Source: Planctomycetota bacterium (GTDB lineage Bacteria > Planctomycetota > JAJSAM01 > JAJVHW01). From it: a stretch of 64,000 nucleotides of DNA. Where the stretch lies: assembly GCA_965248445.1 (NCBI GenBank), contig CBDFJG010000004.1, forward strand, positions 960,001 through 1,024,000. Reading direction: 5' to 3'. Below, piece by piece: positions 54,647 through 64,000 of this stretch; the first letter of the stretch is position 1; each line of letters opens with the position of its first letter. The notes under the pieces were generated by a model. It saw only the letters and a program-made list of their open reading frames with translations. It was not told where the DNA came from and ran no database searches. Position numbers and translations under genes: made by a program.

Positions 54647-55291
54647 CTACTCCTCGAGGATGGGCGGATACGACAGCGCGATGTCGGTCGCACCGAATCG
54701 TTGCGCCTTCTTGACCGCGCGCTCGAGTCGTTTCATCGCCTTCGTGAACTCGGCGAGCACGCGGACGATCTCGTCGAACTTCGGGTTGATGAATCTGTCG
54801 TGGAGCCGCGCCCCCTCGTCGAACGCAGCCCGTGACCGGTCGATGCCCGACTGGACCTTCGCCCGCCGGCGTGGCGAGAGGGTCTCGTTCGCCCCGAGTT
54901 GCTGCACGACGCTCGCGCGCAGGTCACCGGCGTCGCGTCTGATCTGGTCCGCGAGTCCGTTTCGCGAGTCGGGGAACGTCACGCTGTCGTCCGGCGGGGG
55001 GAGCCTCTCGTTGTCGAACGCGACGCCGGCCTTCTTGATGACCTTCCGGATGTCGCCGACGCACTGACTCGCCTTCCGGTCCCCGCTCATGAGTTTCGGC
55101 AGCTTGCGCTCCAGCAGAGCCTGCAGCTTCCCCTGCTTGGTCGTCGGAGCGGCGACGTCTTCGATCATCGAGACGATGTCGTCGAACGTGTTTGCGGTGT
55201 CCCGCCGCAGGCCTGCTGCACCGAACACGTGCGCCGCCAGCGCTATGACCGACATCGCAGCGATCAGTTTGACTGTCCGTGATCTGCTCAC
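54647..55291 (-). CDS. Secreted/anchored helical hypothetical protein
   Basis: SD GGGGAGG plus GTG, N-terminal hydrophobic segment. Confidence 0.65.
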   Translation of the reverse strand: MSRSRTVKLIAAMSVIALAAHVFGAAGLRRDTANTFDDIVSMIEDVAAPTTKQGKLQALLERKLPKLMSGDRKASQCVGDIRKVIKKAGVAFDNERLPPPDDSVTFPDSRNGLADQIRRDAGDLRASVVQQLGANETLSPRRRAKVQSGIDRSRAAFDEGARLHDRFINPKFDEIVRVLAEFTKAMKRLERAVKKAQRFGATDIALSYPPILEE

Positions 55292-55388
55292 GGGCACCTC
55301 CCCTGCGTCTCCGTTGAGCTGATCCGACAGCATAGCGCGCAGGGCGGGGCTCCGCCCGACCCCGACCGCTGCTAGCCTCGCGGGCTTC

Positions 55389-57185
55389 ATGTGGTGGCGG
55401 GACGAGGAACTCCCCGAGGACGACAAGCACGTTCGCCATCTTCCTGCCGGGGAGATGTTGCGGCGTGTCCTCCCCATGTTCCGCCCGCATGCGGGCGCGC
55501 TGGCGGCCGGCGTTGGACTGCTCCTTGTGTCGGTGACTGCCGAGCTGGCGGGCCCCCTGGTCCTGCGCCACCTGATCGACGTCGACATCGGCGCCGGTTC
55601 GCGCGACGGGATCGTGCGGAGCGCGCTGATCTACGCGGGGCTGTTCGCGATCGGCACGGTCGCGAACTACATGCAGGTCGTCGTGCTCACTCGCATGGGG
55701 CTGTCGATCGTCACGAAGCTGAAGGAGCGGCTGTTCCATCACCTCATGGGTCTGTCGATGGCGTACTTCGACCAGAACCCGCCGGGCAAGCTCATGGCGC
55801 GCGTGGAGTCGGACGCAGAGCGGTTGCAGGCGCTCTTCTCCGAGGTCGCGATCGCGGTGCTTCGCACGGCCGTTCTCCTGATCGGTGCGCTGGCGGTGAT
55901 GTTCGCCACGAGCTGGCGGGTGACGATCGGCGTGCTGCTGTTCGCGATCCCGCTCGCGGTCGGGACGATCTACTACTTCCGCTGGATGCGCGGGCTCTAC
56001 CGCCGTGTGCGCGCGATGGTGGCGCGCATCTCCGGGTTCGTGTCCGAGTACGTGCCCGCCGTCCCGATCGTGCAGGTGTTCGGGTTCGAGGAGGAGGCGG
56101 AGAAGCGGCTGGAGAAGCTGAACCAGGAGAAGCTCGTTACCGAGCGTTGGTCGTCGTTGTTCGAGTACGGTTTCTGGGGGTTCCTCACGGCCGTCGAGGT
56201 CGTGGCGGTGATCCTGCTGCTCTACATGGGCTCAGGCCGGCTCCTTGGCGACGCGATGACCGTCGGCACGCTCATCCTCTTCGTCGAATACACACGCCGC
56301 ATCTTCTGGCCGCTCGCGATGTTCTCGGAGCAGATCGGGTTCATCCAACGCGCGTTCGCATCGGCGGACCGCGTGTTCGGCGTGCTCGACACGGAGTCGC
56401 GCACTCCCGACCGCGCAGGCGCGTCGGCCGTCGTCCCGGCGGACTGGGGTGAGATCGCGTTCGAGGGCGTCTCGTTCGTGTACGACGGTGGCACGCGCGC
56501 GCTCGACAACGTGTCGTTCCGTATCCGGCGTGGCGAGACGGTCGCGCTCGTGGGCATGTCGGGTGGTGGCAAGACCACGATCACGAGTCTGCTCCTCCGC
56601 TTCTACCAGCCCACCGAAGGGCGCGTGACACTCGATGGCACGGACATCCGCGACTTCGAGCAGAAGGCGTGGCGTGCACGCATCGGTCTCGTGCAGCAGG
56701 ACATCCACCTGTTCCCGGGGAACGTGCGCGACAACCTGCGCGCGCTCGTCGGAGAGGTCGAACAGCCCCGACTCGAACGAGCGGCCGCGATCGTTGGCGC
56801 CGACGAGGTGGTGGCGCGGCTGCCGGGCGGCTACGACGCAACGCTCGCCGAGGGCGGCTCGAACCTCTCGATGGGAGAGCGTCAGTTGCTCAGCTTCACG
56901 CGGGCGCTGGTGCACGATCCCGATCTGCTCGTGCTCGACGAGGCGACATCCTCGGTGGACCCGGGCACAGAGCGACGTCTACAGGCCTCCATGGAGCGCA
57001 TGCTCGCGGGCCGCACGGCTCTCGTCATCGCGCACCGGCGATCGACCGTCGTCACGGCCGATCGCATTCTGGTGGTCCACGGCGGGCAGCTCGTCGAGGA
57101 GGGCACGCACGCGGAGCTGCACGCGCGCGGCGGTGTCTATCGCGACCTCTTCGACCTTCAGTTCCAGAGGGGGAAGACGGCATGA
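55389..57185 (+). CDS. ABC exporter, fused permease/ATPase (heterodimer subunit 1)
   Basis: TM domain, GMSGGGKT, LSMGERQ, LDEATSSVD. Confidence 0.93.
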   Translation: MWWRDEELPEDDKHVRHLPAGEMLRRVLPMFRPHAGALAAGVGLLLVSVTAELAGPLVLRHLIDVDIGAGSRDGIVRSALIYAGLFAIGTVANYMQVVVLTRMGLSIVTKLKERLFHHLMGLSMAYFDQNPPGKLMARVESDAERLQALFSEVAIAVLRTAVLLIGALAVMFATSWRVTIGVLLFAIPLAVGTIYYFRWMRGLYRRVRAMVARISGFVSEYVPAVPIVQVFGFEEEAEKRLEKLNQEKLVTERWSSLFEYGFWGFLTAVEVVAVILLLYMGSGRLLGDAMTVGTLILFVEYTRRIFWPLAMFSEQIGFIQRAFASADRVFGVLDTESRTPDRAGASAVVPADWGEIAFEGVSFVYDGGTRALDNVSFRIRRGETVALVGMSGGGKTTITSLLLRFYQPTEGRVTLDGTDIRDFEQKAWRARIGLVQQDIHLFPGNVRDNLRALVGEVEQPRLERAAAIVGADEVVARLPGGYDATLAEGGSNLSMGERQLLSFTRALVHDPDLLVLDEATSSVDPGTERRLQASMERMLAGRTALVIAHRRSTVVTADRILVVHGGQLVEEGTHAELHARGGVYRDLFDLQFQRGKTA

Positions 57186-58966
57186 AGACCGCCGTCACGC
57201 TGACGACCCGCGAACACCTGCGCTGGCTCGGAGAGTACTGGCGTCCGCACCGCGTGTTCGCGGCGGTGTTGGTGTTCTGGACCCTGATGTCGAGCGCGGT
57301 TGCGGTCGCGTTTCCCCTGGTGTGGATGCTCGTCATCGATGGCCTGCGTGAACTGCCGGAAGGACAGACGCTCGCCGACGGTGACCTCAGCCGGTTCGCG
57401 GCGATCCTCGGAGTCATCGCACTCGGACGCGTGATCGTCGGGCTCTATCCGGCGTTCCGCGCGTGGATGAACCTGAACATCGAGAAAGCGGTGCGCGGCC
57501 GCGTGTTCGCGTCCATTCTGCGCAAGGACCACACGTTCCAGGGGCGCTTCCGCACGGGCGACATGGTCACGCGGCTGACCGACGACATCACCGAGTACCC
57601 GCGCATCGCGTGGTTTGGTTGCTCCGGGATCTTCCGGTTCATCGACTCTTCGTCGCGCGTGTTCTTCTGCGTCGGCGCGATGCTCCTCTACTGCGACGTG
57701 CGCCTCGCCCTGCTCTCGATGATCCCGGTACCGATCATGCTCTGGGTGTTCTACATGGCGCGCAACGCGTTGCGCACGACGTACAACGAGCAGCAGGTCG
57801 CGGTCTCGGAGACCAACGACACCTTGGAGTCCGCTTTCTCGGGCATACGGATCGTGAAGGCGTTCAATGCCGACGCCGGGCAGGAGCTGCGCCTCGGCAA
57901 GACACTGCATCGCCGCATCGGGATCCAGCTGAAGCTCGCGAAGCTCGTCGCGCTCGTGCATGGCAGCGACAACATCGCCGGCCGCTTGGGCCAGGTGATC
58001 GTGCTGTCGGTGGGCGGGTTGATGGTGCTCGACGGCGAGCTGTCGCTCGGGACGCTGTTCGCGCTGCACCTCTACCTCGACATGCTGATCCACCCGATGA
58101 TGGACCTGCCGAACCTCCTCGTGTCCGCACGTCAGGCGTTCGTCTCGATCGACCGCGAGGAGGAGGTGCTGCGGGCGCCCGCGGTCGCGCGTACGACCGC
58201 GCCGGAGCAGGCCGCGCCGAGGATCGACCGCGTTTCGGTCAGAGATGCGGCGTTCCGGTATCGCGTCGATCTGCCGCCGGCGCTCGACGGTGTGACGTTC
58301 GACGTCGCGCGGGGCAGCCGTGTCGCTCTGGTCGGCCCGGTCGCGAGCGGCAAGTCCACGCTGTTGCGCGTGATGGCGGGGTTGCTCCCGCTCGACCAGG
58401 GCGTCTGCGAGTACGCCGGGCTGCCGCTCGCGGACTGGGACTGGGCCACGCTGCGCGGTCGCATCGGGTACGTGCCGCAGGAGTCGCTGCTCGTGTCGGA
58501 CACGATCGAGTCGAACGTCGCGTTCGGCCGCGACGCCGATGAAGCGTGGATCCGGCAGTGCCTCGACGCAGCACAGATGTCGGCCGACCTCGAGCAGGTC
58601 GCAGGCGGCACGCAGGCGTTGCTCGGGCGCGGCGGCACGCTGGTCTCGGGCGGCCAGAAGCAGCGCATCGCCATCGCGCGGGCGCTCGCCGGCCGTCCGG
58701 AGGTCCTGCTGCTGGACGACTGCACGTCGTCTCTCGACGCGCACAACGAGGACCGACTGTGGGACGGCATCCGGCGAGTCAGTCCCGGCGCGACGGTGTT
58801 CGTCGTTTCCCATCGGCCGACGTCGATCCGCCGCGCCGACACGATCCTCGTCATGGACCGGGGCCGGCTCGTCGACAGCGGGGCGCACGATGAACTGAGC
58901 GGCAGGTGCCGCGAGTACGGTGAATTCCTGCTCGCGGAGGAGCGCCGGGCGCACCTCGCGGGCTGA
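57182..58966 (+). CDS. ABC exporter, fused permease/ATPase (heterodimer subunit 2, degenerate Walker B)
   Basis: ATGA overlap; GPVASGKS, VSGGQKQR, LLDDCTSSLD. Confidence 0.93.
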   Translation: MKTAVTLTTREHLRWLGEYWRPHRVFAAVLVFWTLMSSAVAVAFPLVWMLVIDGLRELPEGQTLADGDLSRFAAILGVIALGRVIVGLYPAFRAWMNLNIEKAVRGRVFASILRKDHTFQGRFRTGDMVTRLTDDITEYPRIAWFGCSGIFRFIDSSSRVFFCVGAMLLYCDVRLALLSMIPVPIMLWVFYMARNALRTTYNEQQVAVSETNDTLESAFSGIRIVKAFNADAGQELRLGKTLHRRIGIQLKLAKLVALVHGSDNIAGRLGQVIVLSVGGLMVLDGELSLGTLFALHLYLDMLIHPMMDLPNLLVSARQAFVSIDREEEVLRAPAVARTTAPEQAAPRIDRVSVRDAAFRYRVDLPPALDGVTFDVARGSRVALVGPVASGKSTLLRVMAGLLPLDQGVCEYAGLPLADWDWATLRGRIGYVPQESLLVSDTIESNVAFGRDADEAWIRQCLDAAQMSADLEQVAGGTQALLGRGGTLVSGGQKQRIAIARALAGRPEVLLLDDCTSSLDAHNEDRLWDGIRRVSPGATVFVVSHRPTSIRRADTILVMDRGRLVDSGAHDELSGRCREYGEFLLAEERRAHLAG

Positions 58967-58976
58967 CCGCCGCCGC

Positions 58977-59465
58977 TCAGACGTAGACGGAGTGCACCAC
59001 CAGCAGAGCGGCGAGCAGCGCAGCCAGCGAGAGGAGGAGCACGAGCGCGAGGCGTGTCTTGCGCAACGCGTCGTCTGCCTCCCACCAGGTGCGCGGGCCG
59101 ACGCCTTGTGCCCAGAACGTCGCCATCGCCGACAGGATGACGCAGGTCAGGTTGATCGCGAGTAGCAACAGAGCCCCCGAGGATGCCGTCCAGTCCCCCG
59201 CTCCGGCAGACACGCCGGCGACGACTGCCGGCGGAAGCAGCGCGACGGCGACCATCACTCCGACGAGCGCCGCCGGCAGTCCCGTCGTGAACGCGAGCGC
59301 CCCGGCCGTACCCGACGCCAGCGCGACCGCGAACGCCCAGGGCGTGGGATCTGTGCGCGCCGCGAACTCGGCGTTCTGCGGGATCTCCCCGAGTGCGAGA
59401 CCGATCACGACGGAGAGGGCGAGCGCCATGTCGGGCACGACGATCTCGATGAGGCGGAGTGGCAC
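58977..59465 (-). CDS. DUF389/TIGR00341-family membrane protein, apparently internally deleted
   Basis: MPLRLIEIVVP start joined directly to the ART.P, ALASG.AGA, LVGVMVAVALLPP C-terminal half; only 162 aa. Confidence 0.7.
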   Translation of the reverse strand: MPLRLIEIVVPDMALALSVVIGLALGEIPQNAEFAARTDPTPWAFAVALASGTAGALAFTTGLPAALVGVMVAVALLPPAVVAGVSAGAGDWTASSGALLLLAINLTCVILSAMATFWAQGVGPRTWWEADDALRKTRLALVLLLSLAALLAALLVVHSVYV

Positions 59466-59722
59466 CGGCGGATGCTACACGCCGGGCAGCCTGCTTCAGA
59501 TCCCCGCAACAACGCAGCCATACGCTGAGGTTCCTGTCGCGGCCGGGTGTTCCAGTCGGGCAGGCGACTGCAGCCAGGGCCCCCTCGCCCCGGCAACACG
59601 CCCGGCGGAGCTTGCTCCGCCGGGCGCTGTCGATTCAGCGTCGCGCTGCGGCGTGCTAGCGCTCTTGCGGGTCTGTGCGAGCATTCGTGTTCAGAGGGCA
59701 GGAGCTCGCAGGAGGAGTGGCG

Positions 59723-60982
59723 ATGTCGACATCGAGAGTGTGGTTCGTCGCGTTGACCGCCGCCGCGGCGCTCGCCGGGGTCGCGACAGCGAAGCTGCCC
59801 GGCAAGGGCGAAGTGATCACCGTGAGCCTCGGGCCGACGGAGGCGCTCGTGACGCGCGACAGCGGGTCCAGTGCCTCCGGCTTCAGGGCATCCGAGAACG
59901 CGCGGCTGGTCGTGCTCGGGACCTCGGACGACCTCGTCCTCCAGGACACCAACCTGACGGGCGACATCTACCTGCGGGATGTCAAGAACGACACCACCTT
60001 TCTCGGCTCCGCAGGTTCCGACGGACTGGCGGGGGACGGCGGCTCCTTCAACGCCGACGTGTCAGGGAACTCGAAGATCCTCGCGTTCCGCAGCCGCGCC
60101 GAGAACCTGGATCCGGCGGACGACAACGAAGCCGAGGACATCTTCGTGCGCGACCTTGTCAGGGGCACCACGGAGCGTGTCTCGATCGGACCGGCCGGCG
60201 AGCAAGGCGACGGCGACTCGTTCTCCCCGTCGATCTCGAAGAACGGCCGGATGGTGGCGTTCATGAGCCTCTCGCAGAACTTCCACGCCCCCGAGGGCAA
60301 CAGCTCCTGGGACGTGTTCGTGCGTGACCGCAAGAAGGGGAAGACGACGCTGGTCTCCATCGCCACCGGTGGCTCCACCGGCAACAACAACTCCGAGGAC
60401 CCGGCGATCTCGGGGAACGGGAAGTTCGTGCTGTTCTGGTCCCGCGCCACGGACCTGGTGGAGGGCGGAGTCACCGGGACTCAGCTGTACGTGCGGGATC
60501 TCAAGAAGAGGACGACAACGCTCTTGACAGTCGCTGCCGCCGGTGGAGCGTCCACCGGATCTGCCGAGCGCGGGAGCCTGTCGAAGAACGGCCGCTGGGC
60601 CGTCTTCACTTCCGACGGGGATGATCTGGTCGGCAATGACACGAACGGGCGTCGGGACGTGTTCGTGCGGGACCTCAAGAAGCGCATCACGACGCGCGTG
60701 TCGGTTGGATTCGACGGGCGCGAGGTGGTGGACGGCGCGTCCGGTGGCCTCATCTCGTCCAACGGCCGCCACGTCGCGTTCGGATCGGAGGGAACGGAGT
60801 TCGATGCCGGGGCGGCGTTCCTCGAGGGGATCTTCGTGCGGGACCTCAAGAAGGCCACGACCACCTCCGCCGCCCTCGGCGAGAGCCTGGAGGTCGTTGC
60901 GCTCGTGAAGAAGGGGAAGATCCTCGTCTGGAACGACGAGACGGAGGATCAGGTCCCCACGACGTTCATGACCAGGCGGTGA
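59723..60982 (+). CDS. Secreted TolB-like (PD40) beta-propeller protein
   Basis: Repeated S.NG..V.F.S...DL...DTN...DVFVRD units; signal peptide. Confidence 0.88.
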   Translation: MSTSRVWFVALTAAAALAGVATAKLPGKGEVITVSLGPTEALVTRDSGSSASGFRASENARLVVLGTSDDLVLQDTNLTGDIYLRDVKNDTTFLGSAGSDGLAGDGGSFNADVSGNSKILAFRSRAENLDPADDNEAEDIFVRDLVRGTTERVSIGPAGEQGDGDSFSPSISKNGRMVAFMSLSQNFHAPEGNSSWDVFVRDRKKGKTTLVSIATGGSTGNNNSEDPAISGNGKFVLFWSRATDLVEGGVTGTQLYVRDLKKRTTTLLTVAAAGGASTGSAERGSLSKNGRWAVFTSDGDDLVGNDTNGRRDVFVRDLKKRITTRVSVGFDGREVVDGASGGLISSNGRHVAFGSEGTEFDAGAAFLEGIFVRDLKKATTTSAALGESLEVVALVKKGKILVWNDETEDQVPTTFMTRR

Positions 60983-61023
60983 GACCGTTGACCGCCGCGT
61001 CCCTTGCGCGGCATCGTGTTGCC

Positions 61024-61290
61024 ATGTGCCGCAACATCAAGACGCTCCACAACTTCGAACCGCCGGCGACGGACGACGAGGTGCGCGCTTCCGCGCTGCA
61101 GTTCGTGCGGAAGTTGAGCGGCTCCACCAAACCGTCCCGCGCGAACGAGGCGACGTTCGATCTCGCGGTCGACGAGGTGACGGCAGCAGCGCACAAGCTC
61201 CTCTCCTCGCTCGTCACGTCGGCTCCCCCGCGGGACCGCGAGGTCGAGGCTGCGAAGGCTCGCGCGCGCGCCGCGAAGCGCTTCGGCTAG
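61024..61290 (+). CDS. DUF2277 family protein
   Basis: MCRNIKTL.NFEPPAT..EV.A.ALQFVRKLSG signature. Confidence 0.92.
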   Translation: MCRNIKTLHNFEPPATDDEVRASALQFVRKLSGSTKPSRANEATFDLAVDEVTAAAHKLLSSLVTSAPPRDREVEAAKARARAAKRFG

Positions 61291-61338
61291 GCGACTCCCG
61301 CGCGTGTGGGTGCCCGGCTCGATAATCGAGCGCACGGG

Positions 61339-63081
61339 ATGGCACGCACTGAAACTGTAGACCCGGGCTCAGGACGCTCTGGGGGTTCGTCCGGCTCGCG
61401 ATCGATGCAGCGCCGCGCCGGGTGGATCGGCCCGGTGGCCGCCGCGGTCGTCGTCGCCGCCCTCGGCTGGTGGGCGTACACCGCCGTGCGCGCCGAGTTG
61501 CGGCGTCGTACGGCAGTCGGCTTGCAGGCTCTCGTCGACACCGAGGCCTCGCTGCTCCGCTCATGGTGTGCTGACCGCCAGGCACTCGGCGGGTCCGGCG
61601 ACATCTCCGACATCGCCGAGGCCGTGCCCGCCATGCACCCGGGCGAGGGCGGTGAGTTGCTCGTGTTCGACAAGCGCGGGACACTCATCGTCCCGGGACG
61701 CTTCGACGGCGAGGCGCGTCACCTCGGGCTACCCACCCCCGTCGACTTGCGCGATCCCGGGGGTGATCTGCGCGCCGGATTCCAGCCTTCCGTCGCACGG
61801 ACATCCCTGCCGTTGACGAAGATGGCCGGCCACGCGACCTCGGGCGAGGACGGAGCGGACCTGCTCGGCTACCGCAACTACCTCGGTGCCGAGGTCGTCG
61901 GCGCGTGGCGGTGGGTTCCGGAACTCGACATCGGCATCGGCGCCGAGCTCCCGCTCCGCGAGGCGTTTGCGCCTGCCAACGTGCTGCTGCGCGTGTTCTG
62001 GAGCTTCGTGATCCTGTGCGCCGCCGCGGGCGGCATCGGTGCGCTGGTGGCGCGACGGAACGCGAAGCTGCTGCGGGATGTGCGCGAGGCCGAGAAGAAG
62101 GCGCGCAAGCTCGGTCAGTACACGCTCGCGCAGAAGATCGGCGAGGGCGGCATGGGCGAGGTGTACCTCGCGCGCCACGCCATGCTGAGGCGGCCGACTT
62201 CGATCAAGCTCCTGAGAGCAGACCGGACGAACCCACAGACCATCGCGCGTTTCGAGCGAGAAGTGCAGCAGACGACGCGGTTGACGCACCCGAACACCGT
62301 CCAGATCTACGACTTCGGGCGCACGCCGGGAGGCACGTTCTACTACGCGATGGAGTTCCTCGTTGGCGTGGGACTGGACACGTTCGTCGCCGACATGGGA
62401 CCGCTCGAAGAGGGGCGCGTCATCTACATCCTGCAGCAGGTCTGCGGGTCGCTGAACGAAGCCCATGGACTCGGTCTCGTGCACCGGGACATCAAGCCCG
62501 AGAACATCATCCTCTGCAGTTCGGGCGGCGCGTACGACGTCGTCAAGGTGCTCGACTTCGGGCTGGTGATGGACCGCGGCTCCGAGGAATCGCTGAAGCT
62601 GTCGGCGGCCGGAGCCATCCTCGGCACGCCGGGATACATGTCACCGGAGGCGTTCACGGATCCCGAGAAGGTGGACGCCCGGAGCGACATCTACTCGCTC
62701 GGGTGCGTGGGGTACTTCCTGCTGACCGGGCGCCCGCCGTTCGAGGGCAAGACGATCGTCGAACTGTTCTCGCAGCACACGAAGGTGAAGCCGGTTCCAC
62801 CCTCCGAGCGCACCGACCTGCCGATCGCTCCGGACATCGAGCAGGCCATCATGGCGTGCCTCGCGAAGAGCCCCGCGGCGAGACCGAAAGACGCGAACGC
62901 GCTCTCCCGCGAGCTCGAGTGGTGCCGCGCGCTCGGCGAGTGGAACCGCGACCAGGCGCGCTACTGGTGGAACGAGAACGAAGCGCGGCTGGAAGAACAG
63001 TACGGCCTGTCCTCGATGGCGCGCATGTCCCCCTCTGCGTCGGGCAGCGCCACGATCGAGATCAAGCTCGACGATCGCTGA
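61339..63081 (+). CDS. Membrane Ser/Thr protein kinase with a short Cache-like sensor region
   Basis: Two TM helices around GYRNYLG.EVVGAW; GEGGMG, HRDIKPEN, DFG, GTPGYMSPE. Confidence 0.93.
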   Translation: MARTETVDPGSGRSGGSSGSRSMQRRAGWIGPVAAAVVVAALGWWAYTAVRAELRRRTAVGLQALVDTEASLLRSWCADRQALGGSGDISDIAEAVPAMHPGEGGELLVFDKRGTLIVPGRFDGEARHLGLPTPVDLRDPGGDLRAGFQPSVARTSLPLTKMAGHATSGEDGADLLGYRNYLGAEVVGAWRWVPELDIGIGAELPLREAFAPANVLLRVFWSFVILCAAAGGIGALVARRNAKLLRDVREAEKKARKLGQYTLAQKIGEGGMGEVYLARHAMLRRPTSIKLLRADRTNPQTIARFEREVQQTTRLTHPNTVQIYDFGRTPGGTFYYAMEFLVGVGLDTFVADMGPLEEGRVIYILQQVCGSLNEAHGLGLVHRDIKPENIILCSSGGAYDVVKVLDFGLVMDRGSEESLKLSAAGAILGTPGYMSPEAFTDPEKVDARSDIYSLGCVGYFLLTGRPPFEGKTIVELFSQHTKVKPVPPSERTDLPIAPDIEQAIMACLAKSPAARPKDANALSRELEWCRALGEWNRDQARYWWNENEARLEEQYGLSSMARMSPSASGSATIEIKLDDR

Positions 63082-63178
63082 GCCGCTGCTCGCCGCCACA
63101 CGCGCGAAATCACCGCGTGAAACGGTTACAGTCTCGCTCGGCGGGTGGTCCGAGAGGACCGGGAGGGACACGCTCGAG

Positions 63179-64000
63179 ATGACGCACGAGGGAGCCGGTG
63201 TGGACACGCCCGGCGCGGCCGACGCCGGCGCGGCGCCCCGGCGGTCCATCGTGACGAAGATCGCGGTCCTCGTCGCGCTCCTGCTCATCGGAAGCGGCGT
63301 CGTCCTCCACTCCATCGGGTACGGCTACGGGCGCCGCTTGGTGCGGGATCAGATCCACATGCGGCTCGAGGCGGCCGCCACGGATCGCGTGCACCTGATC
63401 GAGGCGTACGTGGGGTGTCAGCACGAGCGCGTGTCGCTGATCGCCAACCGTACGCGCCTCCGCGTGCTGCTCGAGCAGCACGCGAACGGCGAGATGGCCG
63501 CAGACAAGATGCGGCTCGAAACGTCGCGCATCCTGAGTGACGCGCTGCGCGGAGCGCCGGACTTCGAGGCGATCTGCATCGCCGGAGAGGATGGCGTGGT
63601 GCTGACCGCGACGGACGACCAACTCCTCGGCAGGGACTGCACCGGTCAGGAGGCGTTCCGCGTCGGACTCACACGGCCGCACTTCGGCGAGCCCGAGTCG
63701 CTCGGAGGGAGTTTCCGCTCGTCGGTGACGGCACCGGTGCGCACGAACCAAGGCGAACTCCTGGGCGTTGCACTCGTGCTTCTGAGCACCGGCTCGTTCG
63801 AGGAGATCCTCGCGGACACGCACGGACTCGGCGACACGGGCGAGATCCTCGTAGCACGGCGGGACGGAGAGAACGTGCGGTACTTGCTCGGCGGCAGCCG
63901 GGCTTCGGGTCCGCAGATCGCGTCCTCCCAGGTGCCCGCCATGAACGCGGCGATCGCGGGAGAGCGCGGATTCGTGGTCACGGAGTACGAGCGCCACGAC
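63179..64000 (+). CDS. Membrane sensor protein with a Cache-like domain (partial, runs off the window end)
   Basis: Open frame from ATG 63179 to the end; TM helix, APV.....LLGV and GLGDTGE.LV patterns. Confidence 0.8.
   Translation, partial: MTHEGAGVDTPGAADAGAAPRRSIVTKIAVLVALLLIGSGVVLHSIGYGYGRRLVRDQIHMRLEAAATDRVHLIEAYVGCQHERVSLIANRTRLRVLLEQHANGEMAADKMRLETSRILSDALRGAPDFEAICIAGEDGVVLTATDDQLLGRDCTGQEAFRVGLTRPHFGEPESLGGSFRSSVTAPVRTNQGELLGVALVLLSTGSFEEILADTHGLGDTGEILVARRDGENVRYLLGGSRASGPQIASSQVPAMNAAIAGERGFVVTEYERHD

Noticed and set aside
41462..64000. Prophage or genomic island integrated at tRNA-Arg
   Set aside because: No integrase or phage genes; the only att-like copy seen is 85 bp away and downstream genes look like ordinary chromosomal genes.

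Overview
A 64 kb window of high-GC bacterial chromosome. The many Ser/Thr kinases, TPR, FG-GAP and TolB-like secreted proteins suggest an uncultured Planctomycetota-like organism (inference only). It holds about 50 CDSs, including a patatin, a class I/II aminotransferase, a PhnD-PhnC-PhnE-PhnE ABC importer resembling the putative selenate clade, two tandem di-haem peroxidase paralogues, a divergent class I HMG-CoA reductase, two kinase-ATPase-TPR proteins, an orphan secretin, an actinobacterial Sdh1-type succinate dehydrogenase operon and a heterodimeric ABC exporter. There is also a tRNA-Arg(CCT) and two different IS1380 elements, both with CTAG target duplications; one splits a gene that can be rebuilt in frame. 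The most notable signal is the unannotated leader of the PhnD-family operon. It carries a 32-codon upstream ORF with an in-frame UGA followed by a SECIS-like hairpin, and the ORF ends inside a hairpin that hides an anti-Shine-Dalgarno sequence. This looks like a selenocysteine-sensing translational attenuator, but it is a prediction from sequence alone. Many genes also appear to be leaderless (TAnnnT, 6-7 nt, start codon). No CRISPR array or rRNA was seen.
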